From an uncultured Desulfarculus sp. (GTDB taxonomy: Bacteria; Desulfobacterota; Desulfarculia; Desulfarculales; Desulfarculaceae): a DNA stretch of 64,000 nt. Both the position numbers and the translations under genes were made by a program. The notes beneath the pieces are model-generated. The model was not told where the DNA came from. It was given only the letters and a program-made list of their open reading frames with translations, and ran no database searches. Of the stretch, positions 16,530-26,616 are shown one piece after another. Each line of letters begins with the position of its first letter. The stretch's first letter is position 1. Location of the stretch: contig CAXXUK010000001.1 of the NCBI GenBank assembly GCA_963665125.2, positions 224,001-288,000 on the forward strand, given 5' to 3'.

Positions 16530-17786
16530 ATGAAAAAAATCGTTTACCTGGTGTTTGCGTTGAGTTTGGTAGCGGCGCTGCCTGGTGTCAGCCAAGCCAC
16601 CAACGGCATGAACATGATTGGCATCGGCGCCGTCTCTTCGGGCATGGGCGGGGCGGATGCCGCGGTGCCCGCTGGCTGCACGGCCGTGGCCGGCAACCCG
16701 GCCAACCTTGCCACCACCTGTAGCCAGGTGGTGTCTGTGGGCACCTCCGTTCTGATGCCTAGCATGAGCGTCACCATGGCTGGAGCCGGTGAGGTAGACA
16801 ACGAAAACCAAATGTTTTTCCTGCCGTTTTTCGGTTACGCCCAGCGTGTGGGCGATACACCGTGGGCCCTCGGCATTGGCGTGTTCGCCCAGGGTGGAAT
16901 GGGTGTCGATTTCCGCAACGTGCCCAATTTCATGGGCGCCGCGGACAGTCTGTATTCCCAGATCGCCTTTTTGCGCGTGGCCCCCACGGCTTCCTATAAT
17001 GTGAGCGAAAAGTTTCGCCTGGGCGCCACGTTGTTTCTGGGCTACGCCACCATGGACTACGAGTTTTTCCCCAACATGATGCAGGGCCAGGATGTAACCG
17101 GCTTGTCGTCCTACACTTTTGCCGGACGCATCGGCGCAACCTATGACATCAACGACCAATGGTCGGTGGGCCTGACCTACACCAGCGAAAGCGCCCTGGA
17201 CTTTGAAGACGGCACCATGAAGCTCAATATGGGGCCTGGCATGGGCGTGGTAACCTACAACGATGTTTCCATGGACAACTTCACCTGGCCCCAGCAGGTC
17301 GAGGCGGGTGTCTCCTGGCGACCTGCCGAAAAGTGGCTTTTGGCCTTTGACGTTTCCTGGGTCAACTGGTCCAACGCGATTGAAAAGGTGACGGTGCGGG
17401 CCACCAACCCCAACGTTCCCCTGCCCGTGGGCTACAACACCATCAGCGTGCCTTTTGAGATGAATTGGGACGACCAGTTCGTCTTCGCCCTGGGCGCCCA
17501 GTATGAAATCAACGATATGTGGGCAGTGCGCGCCGGTTACAACTACGGCAAAAACCCCGTCCCAGACGAGAACCTTAACCCGCTGTTCCCCGCCATCGTC
17601 GAGCACCACCTCACCGCCGGATTCTCCTGGAAATACAGCAACTGGGACTTTGACTTCGCCTATGAGTACGCCTTCAGCAACGACCAGACAAACACGGGCG
17701 CCCCTTCGTCAACAAACCCATTCGCGGGCACTGAAGTGTCGCATTACCAGAATTCCCTGCACTTCATGCTCAGCTACCGGTTCTAG
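16530..17786 (+). CDS. FadL/OmpP1/TodX-family outer-membrane channel
   Basis: Signal peptide, hatch TNGMNMIGIG…GMGGA…NPA, VRAGYNYG, C-terminal YRF. Confidence 0.88.
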   Translation: MKKIVYLVFALSLVAALPGVSQATNGMNMIGIGAVSSGMGGADAAVPAGCTAVAGNPANLATTCSQVVSVGTSVLMPSMSVTMAGAGEVDNENQMFFLPFFGYAQRVGDTPWALGIGVFAQGGMGVDFRNVPNFMGAADSLYSQIAFLRVAPTASYNVSEKFRLGATLFLGYATMDYEFFPNMMQGQDVTGLSSYTFAGRIGATYDINDQWSVGLTYTSESALDFEDGTMKLNMGPGMGVVTYNDVSMDNFTWPQQVEAGVSWRPAEKWLLAFDVSWVNWSNAIEKVTVRATNPNVPLPVGYNTISVPFEMNWDDQFVFALGAQYEINDMWAVRAGYNYGKNPVPDENLNPLFPAIVEHHLTAGFSWKYSNWDFDFAYEYAFSNDQTNTGAPSSTNPFAGTEVSHYQNSLHFMLSYRF

Positions 17787-17798
17787 GAAAGAAGAGAC

Positions 17799-18269
17799 AT
17801 GTTGTTGAAAAAAATAATGTGTCTCGCGGCTACGGTCGGGCTGCTCTGGAGCCTGGGGTCAACCCAGGCACAGGCGGCTGCGGCCGGCGTTGCCTGGCAA
17901 GGCTACGCCCAGGCCCTTGAGATGCAAAAGGTCTCCGGTAAGCCAGTCATGTTGTATTTCTCCATACCGTATTGCTACCGGTGCAAAAAAATGGAACAAG
18001 GCGCCTATAAAAACCCCGGGGTTTTGGCTGCCATCAAACAGGAATTCATTCCGGTGTTGGTGAACCTGACCGTTGAAGCCGACAAACCGGTGGGTAAACA
18101 ATTCGGCGTCAGCTATACGCCGACCCACTTGTTCCTGGAGCCCGGTGGCAAGCAGGTTTATCTGCTCAAAGGTGTTGCGGGGTCGGAGCGCTTTTTAAAG
18201 GTGCTCGACTATGTCTCGAGCGGGGCCTACCGCAAAATGGATTTTGAAAGCTACGAAGAGGAGGACTAG
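17799..18269 (+). CDS. Periplasmic thioredoxin-fold protein (SoxW-like)
   Basis: Signal peptide, KPVMLYF…CYRC, cis-Pro motif YTPT. Confidence 0.85.
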   Translation: MLLKKIMCLAATVGLLWSLGSTQAQAAAAGVAWQGYAQALEMQKVSGKPVMLYFSIPYCYRCKKMEQGAYKNPGVLAAIKQEFIPVLVNLTVEADKPVGKQFGVSYTPTHLFLEPGGKQVYLLKGVAGSERFLKVLDYVSSGAYRKMDFESYEEED

Positions 18270-18473
18270 GCGGGACCAAATTTTTGGGAGGTAAAACATG
18301 GTCCTGGCGGAACCCTTGGGCCTTCCTGTTCCTTTGTCGCCAATTCCGTGCGCCGGGGCAAGAGCGGATGCGTCGCCTCCTTGGTTTGGCCGTCATGAAA
18401 ATAGACACACCGGCCCTTGAAAATACCGCATGACCCAAGTCAATTTCCGCAGGCCGGTGTTTTAATTTAGTCT

Positions 18474-20009
18474 CTATTCAGCGGAGTACTCGTCCTTGAG
18501 GACTCTCTTGAGCACCTTGCCCGTCGGACCCTTGGGCAGATCGTCGACAAACACAAATGACTTCGGCGCCTTGTAGGTGGCAAGATGCTTCTTTGTGTAG
18601 GCGACCAATTCATCTTCCGTTGCTTTTTCGCCAGGTTTCAGAACCACCAGCGCGGTGACTTTCTCGCCCCAGTCGGCGTCCGGCACGCCAATCACGCTGA
18701 CCTCGACAATGGAGGGGTGCTTGAACAGCACCTCTTCGATTTCCCGGGGATAGATATTGATGGCGCCGCTGACTATCATGTCCTTTTCCCGGTCGACGAT
18801 GTAAACGTAGCCGTCTTCGTCCATGACGCCCAAATCTCCGGAATAGAACCAGCCGTCCCTGATGGTTTCCGCCGTGAGCTCCGGCATGTTCCAATAACGG
18901 TCGAGGATGTTTTCACCCTTGATGATAACCTCGCCGACGTCTTCCATGTCCCTGGCAACATCGGTGTTGTCCTTGCGCACGACCCGGACCCTGGTGTTGA
19001 CCACTTCGCGGCCGCATGAGCGCAAGCGCGGCATCTTGCGCGACTGGTCGCTGTTGATATGTTGGTCGGCGCTCAACATCGTGGCGAAACAAGTGGTTTC
19101 GGTCAGGCCGTAGCCTTGATGGAAGATGTTGCCGAATCTGCCGATCGCCTCGCTGATCACCGACTCGGGCATGGCCGATGAACCATAGAGGATAGCCCTC
19201 AGGCTGGAGACGTCCCAGTCGTCTATGGACGGGTATTGCAGCAGGCGGATGATCATCGTGGGAACGACGACCACAATGGTGATCTTTTCCTTCTGGACCG
19301 CGCTCAGGAAGCTTTCCGGCTCAAAGGCGTCGACGATTACGGAAGTTCCGCCCACATAGATAAGGGGCAGTACAAGGCAGTTCACCGGAGCGGTGAAAAA
19401 CAGCGGGTGAACGGAGAGATTTACGTCGTCATGGTGTAATTGCGCTTCGATAATGCCGTTGACGGCGTTGGCCACAATGGCCCGATGACTCAAGGCCGCG
19501 CCCTTGGGCAGGCTCGTCGTACCGCTGGTGTAATATAGAAGGATGATATCGCTTTCATCTATTTCGACATCGGGTTCGTCGTCCGGATACTGGGAGAGCA
19601 GTTTTTCATAGCTCATATATTCGCTGGAATCGTCGTCAACGCAGATGACCTTCTCGATATAGCCATATTGCGGTTTGATCTTGTCGGCGTGGTTTTTTCC
19701 CACGAACACAAGGCGTGGTTCGGCGTTGCCCAGGATATAATCCAACTCGTCTTTGAGCTTGGTGCTGATCGGGGCCAGGATCAGTCCGGCCTTGGCGCAT
19801 GCGCCGATGATTTCGATGTATTTGTAGCAATTGTCCAGAATCAAGGCCACCCGGTCTTGCTTTTTCAGGCCCATGTCAAGCAATGCATTGGCGAGGCGGT
19901 TGACGCGCTCGTTCAGCAGCTCGTAGCTAAGCCGCGTATCCTTATATACGATGGCCTCTTTTTTGGGGTACCTTTTGGCGGCTCTTTCGAACAGTTCTCC
20001 AACTACCAT
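18474..20009 (-). CDS. Acyl-CoA synthetase (FadD/CaiC-like)
   Basis: YTSGTTSLPKG, GYGLTE, SGDLG…DR.KDMI, PKGPTGK; start at MVVGE after GGAGG. Confidence 0.93.
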   Translation of the reverse strand: MVVGELFERAAKRYPKKEAIVYKDTRLSYELLNERVNRLANALLDMGLKKQDRVALILDNCYKYIEIIGACAKAGLILAPISTKLKDELDYILGNAEPRLVFVGKNHADKIKPQYGYIEKVICVDDDSSEYMSYEKLLSQYPDDEPDVEIDESDIILLYYTSGTTSLPKGAALSHRAIVANAVNGIIEAQLHHDDVNLSVHPLFFTAPVNCLVLPLIYVGGTSVIVDAFEPESFLSAVQKEKITIVVVVPTMIIRLLQYPSIDDWDVSSLRAILYGSSAMPESVISEAIGRFGNIFHQGYGLTETTCFATMLSADQHINSDQSRKMPRLRSCGREVVNTRVRVVRKDNTDVARDMEDVGEVIIKGENILDRYWNMPELTAETIRDGWFYSGDLGVMDEDGYVYIVDREKDMIVSGAINIYPREIEEVLFKHPSIVEVSVIGVPDADWGEKVTALVVLKPGEKATEDELVAYTKKHLATYKAPKSFVFVDDLPKGPTGKVLKRVLKDEYSAE

Positions 20010-20166
20010 TTTGTTTCCTCCTTGCCTTAAATGCACGGCAGCTACTACAGGACGTTATTTTTGTTGAGCGGACTTCGGTCGCCTCACCGCTTCGCATGGG
20101 CTTTTTAAACAACAACAAGCCGTCAACAGCGAAAGGCATCCGCGTTATTGCAAAATCATTCAGAGG

Positions 20167-21348
20167 CTAGTCAAACACCCCATCCCTTTGCATTTGGGCT
20201 ATTTCCTCGTCGGAAAAACTCAAACCCCGCATGATTTCCATGTTGTGGCTGCCGGCCGGGGCGCCAAGCTCCCGGTATTCCGGCGGGGTTAGGGAAAATT
20301 TCAGGGGATTGGCGGGCTGCCGGATTTTCCGGCCGTCCGGACCTTCCATCTCGACCGTCCAGCCCCGGGCCTCTGCCAACGGGCTGTCAAAGGCCTCGCC
20401 CAGGCTGAGCACCGGTTCCAGGCAGGCCTCCACTCCTTTGAAGACCTCCAGCCATTCTTCCCTGGTTTTGGAGGCGATCACCTGGCGCACCTGGTCTTTG
20501 ACCTCCGCCAGGTTCGGCGGTGAAATCGTTCCCCGGATGAGGTCGTCGCGGCCGATGGCGCGGCAAAATGCCTCGAAGAACTTGGGCTCCAGCCCCCCGA
20601 AGCTCAGATATTGCCCGTCCGCGGTTTTGTAGAAATCGTATAAAGAACCGCCATTGAGGAAATAGCCTTCCCTTTGGGGATCGACACCCTCCACGAGATA
20701 GTTCATGGCCGCCACGAGGTTGAAGGGAACCACCCCGTCGGTCAGCGCTACGTCCAAATACTGACCCTGTCCTGTCCGGTTGCGATGAATCACCGCTGAC
20801 AAGATGGCGATCACGGCGCCGTAGGAGCCGGAGGCCATATCCGCTATCTGCATGCCGGTGATCATGGGGCCGTTTTCCCTGCTGCCGGTGTGCCCCATGA
20901 CCCCCGAGAGGGCCAGGTAGTTGATGTCGTGTCCGGCCTTGTCCCTTAAGGGGCCGTCTTGACCGTAACCGCTCAAGGAGCAGTAGATGAGGGACGGCTG
21001 GATCGACGAAAGGGCTTCGTAGCCCAAACCCAGCCGCTCCATGACCCCGGGCCTGAACTGCTCGATGATTAAGTCGTATTCCCGTAGGAGCTTGTGGACA
21101 ATTTCCACGCCCGTGGGGTGCTTCAGGTTCAAGGTGATGGAACGTTTGTTGCGCCCCAAATAGGCCAGGTTCGCCGCCAGCCCTGATCCGGGAAGAAAGG
21201 GAGGCGTCTGCGAATTGAGGTCGGGACGGCTTGCCGAACCGATTCGCAAGATATCGGCGCCCAGGTCGGCCAAGGTGAGCGTGGCGAATGGCCCCGGTAA
21301 AAGCGTTGTGAAATCAAGTATTTTAAGTCCGTTAAGCGCACCCGGCAT
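20167..21348 (-). CDS. Class III CoA-transferase (CaiB/BaiF), alpha-methylacyl-CoA-racemase-like
   Basis: LPGPFATLTLADLGA, RNKRSI, EQFRPGV, GHDINYLALSG. Confidence 0.92.
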   Translation of the reverse strand: MPGALNGLKILDFTTLLPGPFATLTLADLGADILRIGSASRPDLNSQTPPFLPGSGLAANLAYLGRNKRSITLNLKHPTGVEIVHKLLREYDLIIEQFRPGVMERLGLGYEALSSIQPSLIYCSLSGYGQDGPLRDKAGHDINYLALSGVMGHTGSRENGPMITGMQIADMASGSYGAVIAILSAVIHRNRTGQGQYLDVALTDGVVPFNLVAAMNYLVEGVDPQREGYFLNGGSLYDFYKTADGQYLSFGGLEPKFFEAFCRAIGRDDLIRGTISPPNLAEVKDQVRQVIASKTREEWLEVFKGVEACLEPVLSLGEAFDSPLAEARGWTVEMEGPDGRKIRQPANPLKFSLTPPEYRELGAPAGSHNMEIMRGLSFSDEEIAQMQRDGVFD

Positions 21349-21403
21349 TGCTTGTTGTTTCTCCGTGTCAAAGCCATCAGAGTTTGATGCTGGGGCTGGG
21401 GCC

Positions 21404-21652
21404 TTATTCCAGCATTTGCTTCAGGTATTGGCTCATCCCGATGAACCTGACCTTCTGTTTGATGTCCGCCAAAAAATCTCGTCCCGCCATGCCCACGTAA
21501 TATATCCCCGATAAGTCGAGTGATATTGAACGTCCCTCTTTCCAGTGACGTTCGCACACATTGCGGAGAACGGGCAGGGAGTCGCGGTCCAAACGGCCTT
21601 CCACCTTGAGCAGAACTTTTTTTTCTGTTGGCGATCCCTTGATATAAATCAT
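21404..21652 (-). CDS. Small STAS-like protein
   Basis: LKVEGRLD…ISLDLSGIYYVGMAG…YLKQMLE pattern; ATG at 21652 lies downstream of a sigma54 promoter. Confidence 0.7.
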   Translation of the reverse strand: MIYIKGSPTEKKVLLKVEGRLDRDSLPVLRNVCERHWKEGRSISLDLSGIYYVGMAGRDFLADIKQKVRFIGMSQYLKQMLE

Positions 21653-21666
21653 GTCTTCATAGACCA

Positions 21667-21682
21667 AGCAAATTTGACGCCA
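21667..21682 (-). promoter_or_regulatory. Sigma54 -24/-12 promoter for STAS-caiB-fadD
   Basis: Minus strand TGGCGTCAAATTTGCT (GG-N10-GC). Confidence 0.8.
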
Positions 21683-21756
21683 ACCGTGCTTTCTATTAAA
21701 TAATAATAAAATCAAAGATATAAATGCATGATCGGCTTGACGGCAGATGGGTTAAA

Positions 21757-21788
21757 ACGACAATGCGTTTAATAGACGAATTATCGTT
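21757..21788. promoter_or_regulatory. Candidate enhancer (paired ACG-N6-CGT boxes)
   Basis: ACGACAATGCGT at 21757 and ACGAATTATCGT at 21776; similar pair at 32702/32720. Confidence 0.7.
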
Positions 21789-21902
21789 TTATCGCTGTTG
21801 ACGGGTTGCTTTGTCATGACCTATCATCGAGGCTGATTCGGTTTCTTCCGTGAGAAATAGCGGATTACGCCAGCCAATGCAGACAAGTGGAGCGATCACA
21901 AT

Positions 21903-24900
21903 ATGATCAAACAACGCATACTTAGTGTGGCCGCCTTATTCGATGAAAGCTTCTCCATCGATTGGCTTCAGGAAGTATCAAAAGAAAAGCCGTCGCTGAT
22001 TCTCCAAGCCCTGCGTGAAGGAATGGAAGACAAATGGCTGGAGGAGACGGAGCCCGGCCGTTTCCGGTTCACCAATCCGCAAAAACGGCAATCATTTCTC
22101 GAATCGATTTCCCCGGAAGAAAAGGAAGGTCTTTATAAGCGGACCGTCGACAGCCTTTTGGAAGATATACCCGACGATGAACAGCTGGATCACGCATTGG
22201 CGAAATTGCTGCTTCACGTTAACAATGATTTGGAAGGCTGCCGGAGGTTGGTCGCCGAAGGCAATTATCTCCGCAAGAAATTTCGCAACACCGAGGCGCT
22301 TCAATATTTTGAAAAGGCGATCAACAGCCTGGAGAACATTTCCGGCGGGTCCTCGGCGCGTTTGTTCATAGAAACGGCCATCCAGTTTTCCAAAATTTCC
22401 ATGGGCACCCGCAATGCCGGCCTGGTCAACTCATATCTGCTGAAGGCCATTGAAAGGGCCAAAATCCAGGGCGATCAGGGCTACCATGGCCTTCTCAAAA
22501 TGCATCTGGCCAAGAATGAGTGGCTGCGCTCCAATTTCAAAACCGCCCTGGAGCTGTTTGATGAAGGCTGGGCCATGACCAAGGAGGCCGACAGCCCGTT
22601 CATTCAACGCTCGGCGTTTATCTTCAGCATGTTTTTCCACTATTGGCAGGGCCGCTATAAAGACGCCGTGGAAAGTTATGAAAAAGAGGCGCCCCAGATC
22701 GAGAACCTGCCCAAAGAAGAATTTCCCTTGATGGCCCGGTTGACCATCGGCTTTTGCTATTGCCACTGCGGGCAGGTGTCCCAGGGCTTGGGCATGTTGG
22801 ATTCGATTCACAGCCAATGCCTGAAAACGGACAACATCGGCATGGCCGGTCACGCCTCTTCGACCATCGCCTGGGCCCTGTGCGAAATCGGCCTTTTCTC
22901 CGAGGCCGACAAATACTGCGACCGCGCCCTGGACGAAACCACCAGAGGCCAAAACAACTTCGGCAAAGTGGGCGCATTGGCTTGCAGGGGCTACATTGAT
23001 CACAAAATGGGCGACAACAAACGCGCCCAGGCCTCCTTGCGCGAGTTCCTAAAACTAAGTCAGCACACCCAGATTCACTTCAGGAACCTGGCCATTATCA
23101 TGGAGCTTTGCTGGGCCATGGAACAGGGGCTGTTGCCCCGGATCCAGGGCATGTCCCTTGAAAAAGAAATAGACGAAGCCTTTGACAGCCAAAACGTCTG
23201 CATGTGCGGCTTGGGCTACCGTTACAAGGCGCTGCTCCAGAAAAAGCACGGCGCTTCTTCCCAAGAGGTTGTCAAGAACCTCAACCAGGCCATTGCGTTG
23301 TTGGAGATTTCTGGCCATCAGATTGAACTGGCCAAGACCAGGTTGCACCTGGCCGTGGAGTATCTGCACAACGGCGAGGAGGACCGCGCCAAGGCCTTGG
23401 CCAGCCCATCGGCCAAGCGGCTTTATTCCCTGAATGAATCCCTGATTCCCGACGGGCTGCGCTCCCTGCTGGGCGACATTCACAGCAGGGACAACCTGTT
23501 GGACGAAATACTGAAGCTGGGCCAGGAGATGGTTACGATCCGCGACAACCGGGAGGTTGCCATCAAGATAATTTCCGTGGCCAACAGCGTTACGGGTGCC
23601 GAGCGCGGAGCCATTTTCCTTATGGACGGCGAGACCGGCCGTCTGAAATTGCGGGCGGCAAAAAACCTGACATGGGAAAGCCTTGAAAATCCGTGCTTTG
23701 CCCAGTCCATGGAGTTGATAGAAAAGACGTTCCAAACCGGAAAAGGCAACTTTCTCGAGCTTGAAGCAAACAAGCAAGGCGCGGCGTGTTCCCAGGAGAC
23801 GATACGCTCATGCATCTGCGCGCCCATGTGTCTCAGAGACCAGGTGATCGGCGTGCTCTATCACGACAACCGTCTGTTCGAAAGCGCCTTCAAGGAAGAC
23901 GATCTGGATATTCTGGGGTATTTCGCGGCCCAGGCCGCCATCGCCATGGACAACGCCAAGGCCTATGAATCGCTTCGGGAGATGTACCAGAAGCAGGTGG
24001 AGGAAAAGCAATATTTCGAGGAACAACACCTGGAGAGCCTGCATTTCGAGGAGATAGTGGGCAAAACGCCGGCCATACGCAAGGTTTTCGCCCACATCGA
24101 CTCCGTTTCCAAGACCGACGCCACCGTGCTCATACTTGGTGAAACCGGCGTGGGCAAGGAACTGGTGGCCAGGGCGATCCACCACAACAGCAGCCGCCGG
24201 GAGGGCCCGTTTATCCGGGTCAATTGCAGCTCCCTTTCGGAATACCTGATTTCCAGCGAACTGTTCGGCCATGAAAAGGGCGCCTTCACCGGGGCCATTC
24301 AAAGGCGGATCGGCAGGTTCGAGTTGGCTGACAGGGGCACCATCTTCCTGGACGAGATCGGCGATATGCCTCTAAATTCCCAGGTACAGCTGTTGCGGGT
24401 GCTGCAAAGCAAGGAGTTCGAGCGCGTCGGCGGTCATGAAACCATCCGGTCCGATTTCAGACTCATGGCCGCCACCAACCGCGACCTGCCCAAACTCGTC
24501 GAGGCCGGCCGTTTTCGGGAAGACCTCTTTTACCGCCTAAGCGTTTTTCCCATCCAAGTCCCGCCCTTGCGGGAACGCCTGGAAGATATCCCTCTATTGG
24601 CTCTGCACTTCCTACAGCTTCACGCCAAGCGCCTGAATAAAAGAGTTGAGAAAATCCCCAATGCGGAAATGCAGAAGCTCATGGACTACACTTGGCCGGG
24701 CAATGTGCGGGAACTGGAGAACATAGTCGAAAGAGGCGTCATTTTAAGCACGGGGCCTCTTTACCGGGTTCCGACCACAAGTCTGACCCGCAACACCTTT
24801 GCCAACGTGCGTTCCAATATGAGCCTCGATGAAAACGAGCGGTCGCATATTTTGAGTGTGTTGGAGCTGACAAACGGCAAAGTCCGCGGAGACGACGGCG

Positions 24901-25037
24901 CCGCGGCGATTCTGGACATACACCCCAACACCCTTTATTCGCGAATGAAAAAGCTGGGAATATCACCGGCCAGGAAGCGCGGCCCCCAGCCCGAGGACGG
25001 CGACTGGTGCGCCACCTTTTACAGCCCGCCAAAATAA
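21903..25037 (+). CDS. Large sigma54 enhancer-binding protein (TPR-like helical region, GAF, AAA+, HTH)
   Basis: GAF (AERGAIFL…GVLYHDN), [37 protein letters not shown]. Confidence 0.92.
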   Translation: MIKQRILSVAALFDESFSIDWLQEVSKEKPSLILQALREGMEDKWLEETEPGRFRFTNPQKRQSFLESISPEEKEGLYKRTVDSLLEDIPDDEQLDHALAKLLLHVNNDLEGCRRLVAEGNYLRKKFRNTEALQYFEKAINSLENISGGSSARLFIETAIQFSKISMGTRNAGLVNSYLLKAIERAKIQGDQGYHGLLKMHLAKNEWLRSNFKTALELFDEGWAMTKEADSPFIQRSAFIFSMFFHYWQGRYKDAVESYEKEAPQIENLPKEEFPLMARLTIGFCYCHCGQVSQGLGMLDSIHSQCLKTDNIGMAGHASSTIAWALCEIGLFSEADKYCDRALDETTRGQNNFGKVGALACRGYIDHKMGDNKRAQASLREFLKLSQHTQIHFRNLAIIMELCWAMEQGLLPRIQGMSLEKEIDEAFDSQNVCMCGLGYRYKALLQKKHGASSQEVVKNLNQAIALLEISGHQIELAKTRLHLAVEYLHNGEEDRAKALASPSAKRLYSLNESLIPDGLRSLLGDIHSRDNLLDEILKLGQEMVTIRDNREVAIKIISVANSVTGAERGAIFLMDGETGRLKLRAAKNLTWESLENPCFAQSMELIEKTFQTGKGNFLELEANKQGAACSQETIRSCICAPMCLRDQVIGVLYHDNRLFESAFKEDDLDILGYFAAQAAIAMDNAKAYESLREMYQKQVEEKQYFEEQHLESLHFEEIVGKTPAIRKVFAHIDSVSKTDATVLILGETGVGKELVARAIHHNSSRREGPFIRVNCSSLSEYLISSELFGHEKGAFTGAIQRRIGRFELADRGTIFLDEIGDMPLNSQVQLLRVLQSKEFERVGGHETIRSDFRLMAATNRDLPKLVEAGRFREDLFYRLSVFPIQVPPLRERLEDIPLLALHFLQLHAKRLNKRVEKIPNAEMQKLMDYTWPGNVRELENIVERGVILSTGPLYRVPTTSLTRNTFANVRSNMSLDENERSHILSVLELTNGKVRGDDGAAAILDIHPNTLYSRMKKLGISPARKRGPQPEDGDWCATFYSPPK

Positions 25038-25049
25038 AATCGCATCCGC

Positions 25050-25820
25050 CTATGCGGTTTTCGCCAGCAAGGCCGCGCCCAGGGCTCCGATGATTTGAGG
25101 CTCTTGGGCGATGTGCGCCGGTACCCCCAGCTTGCGCTCCAGGCGTTTGACCACGCCGATGTTCTTGGCCACGCCTCCGCTTATGCACAACGCCGGTTCA
25201 ACGCCCACCCGTTCGAGCAAGTCAACGATCCGTTCCACAATGGCGTCCGTGGCGCCGGCCAGGATGTCGCCGGTTTTCTTGCCTTGGCGCCTCCATCTGA
25301 TGATGTCGGCCTCGGCGAAAACCACGCACTGGCTGCCCACGGTCAAGGCCTCGTCAGTGGGCAGCATCGACAACGGGCCGATGGCTTCCAGGGCAAGCTC
25401 GAGGGATTCGGCCATCCGTTCCAGGTAGCGCCCCGTACCGGCCGCGCATTTGTCGTTCATGACGAAGTTGGTTATCCGTCCATCGCCGTCGCATCTGATG
25501 GCCTTGCAGTCCTGGCCGCCCATGTCCAGGATGGTTCTGACTTCGGGAAACGTCCAAAAGCAGCCGGCGGCGTGGCAGGATATTTCGGATATGGTTTTAT
25601 CGGCAAAGGGCACATTGGCCCGGCCGTAGCCTGTGGAGACGGTGTAGCCGATGTCCTCGAACGCGAGGTCCGTAGCCGCCAGCACCGCATCCACGGCCCG
25701 CTGGGCCGATTCAACGGAGTCGGGGCCGGTGCGCACGATCCGCCAGCCCAGCAGCCGGTCGTTCTCCAATAAAACGGCCTTGGTGCTCAGGGACCCGATA
25801 TCAACTCCGCAGACGATCAT
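25050..25820 (-). CDS. ASKHA ATPase electron-activation subunit, BzdQ/BcrA/HgdC-like
   Basis: GVDIGSLSTK, STGYGR, DMGGQDCK, MNDKCAAGTG, CVVFAE, GGVAKN. Confidence 0.9.
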   Translation of the reverse strand: MIVCGVDIGSLSTKAVLLENDRLLGWRIVRTGPDSVESAQRAVDAVLAATDLAFEDIGYTVSTGYGRANVPFADKTISEISCHAAGCFWTFPEVRTILDMGGQDCKAIRCDGDGRITNFVMNDKCAAGTGRYLERMAESLELALEAIGPLSMLPTDEALTVGSQCVVFAEADIIRWRRQGKKTGDILAGATDAIVERIVDLLERVGVEPALCISGGVAKNIGVVKRLERKLGVPAHIAQEPQIIGALGAALLAKTA

Positions 25821-26602
25821 GGGGCGGTCTCCCTGCCGTTTTCCTCGGCGATCAGGGCGGCCCCCAGGGCCCCGATGACCAGCGGATCACCGGGGACCAG
25901 TATCTTGCAACCCAGTTCTTGTTCCAGAGACTTGAGTATGCCCACGTTGTTGGCGCAGCCCCCCACCATGGCCACATCTTGTTTCAGGCCCACCTTGAGA
26001 ACCAGGGAATAGGCCCGGCGAGCCAAGCCCCTGAACACGGCCCTGGCGATGTCTTCGACCCGGTCCTTGTGGTGTATTTTGGAAATAATTTCAGACTCGG
26101 CAAACACGGCGCAGGTGCTGTTGATGCTGATTTCCTTTTTGGACAGCAGGGACAACGCACCCATCTCATCCAGGCTGGTCCCGAGGATTTTTGCCGCCGC
26201 CTTGAGGCTCCTGCCGGTACCAGAGGCGCAACGCTCGTTTCTGACCACGTTGAGAAGATTGCCTTGTTTGCTCCTGATGGCCATGCATGTCTCGGCCCCC
26301 ATGTCCAGAATTGTCCGCGCCGAGGGCATGAGCATGACCGCTCCCCGGCAACAGCACAGGGCTTCGGGGGCCCGACCGTGGGCCTGGGATACGTGGGCCC
26401 CGCCGTCGCCGGTGGCGATGATGCGGTCGACGGCGCCCAACGATATCCCGGCCTTGTCCACGGCCCTGTTTATCGCCTCGGTTGTAACGGCGGCCAAATC
26501 GCGGTTGCCGTTGGGCAATACGGAATCAGCCAGGATTACGCCGTCCCGCAATATCAAGGCCTTGGTATTTTCAAATCCAGCATCTACTCCCACATTGAGC
26601 AT
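25817..26602 (-). CDS. Second ASKHA activator subunit, BzdP/BcrD-like
   Basis: GVDAG…TK, DMGAE, NERCASGTG, STCAVFAESEIIS. Confidence 0.85.
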   Translation of the reverse strand: MLNVGVDAGFENTKALILRDGVILADSVLPNGNRDLAAVTTEAINRAVDKAGISLGAVDRIIATGDGGAHVSQAHGRAPEALCCCRGAVMLMPSARTILDMGAETCMAIRSKQGNLLNVVRNERCASGTGRSLKAAAKILGTSLDEMGALSLLSKKEISINSTCAVFAESEIISKIHHKDRVEDIARAVFRGLARRAYSLVLKVGLKQDVAMVGGCANNVGILKSLEQELGCKILVPGDPLVIGALGAALIAEENGRETAP

Positions 26603-26616
26603 GGCGTGGGGACCCC

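Noticed and set aside
16300..16530. Possible riboswitch or small ORF upstream of fadL
   Set aside because: No riboswitch consensus recognised; the 88-aa ORF overlaps arsR and looks non-coding
12257..18269. Selenocysteine read-through in redox genes
   Set aside because: Redox motifs use Cys codons and the ORFs are full length without in-frame TGA
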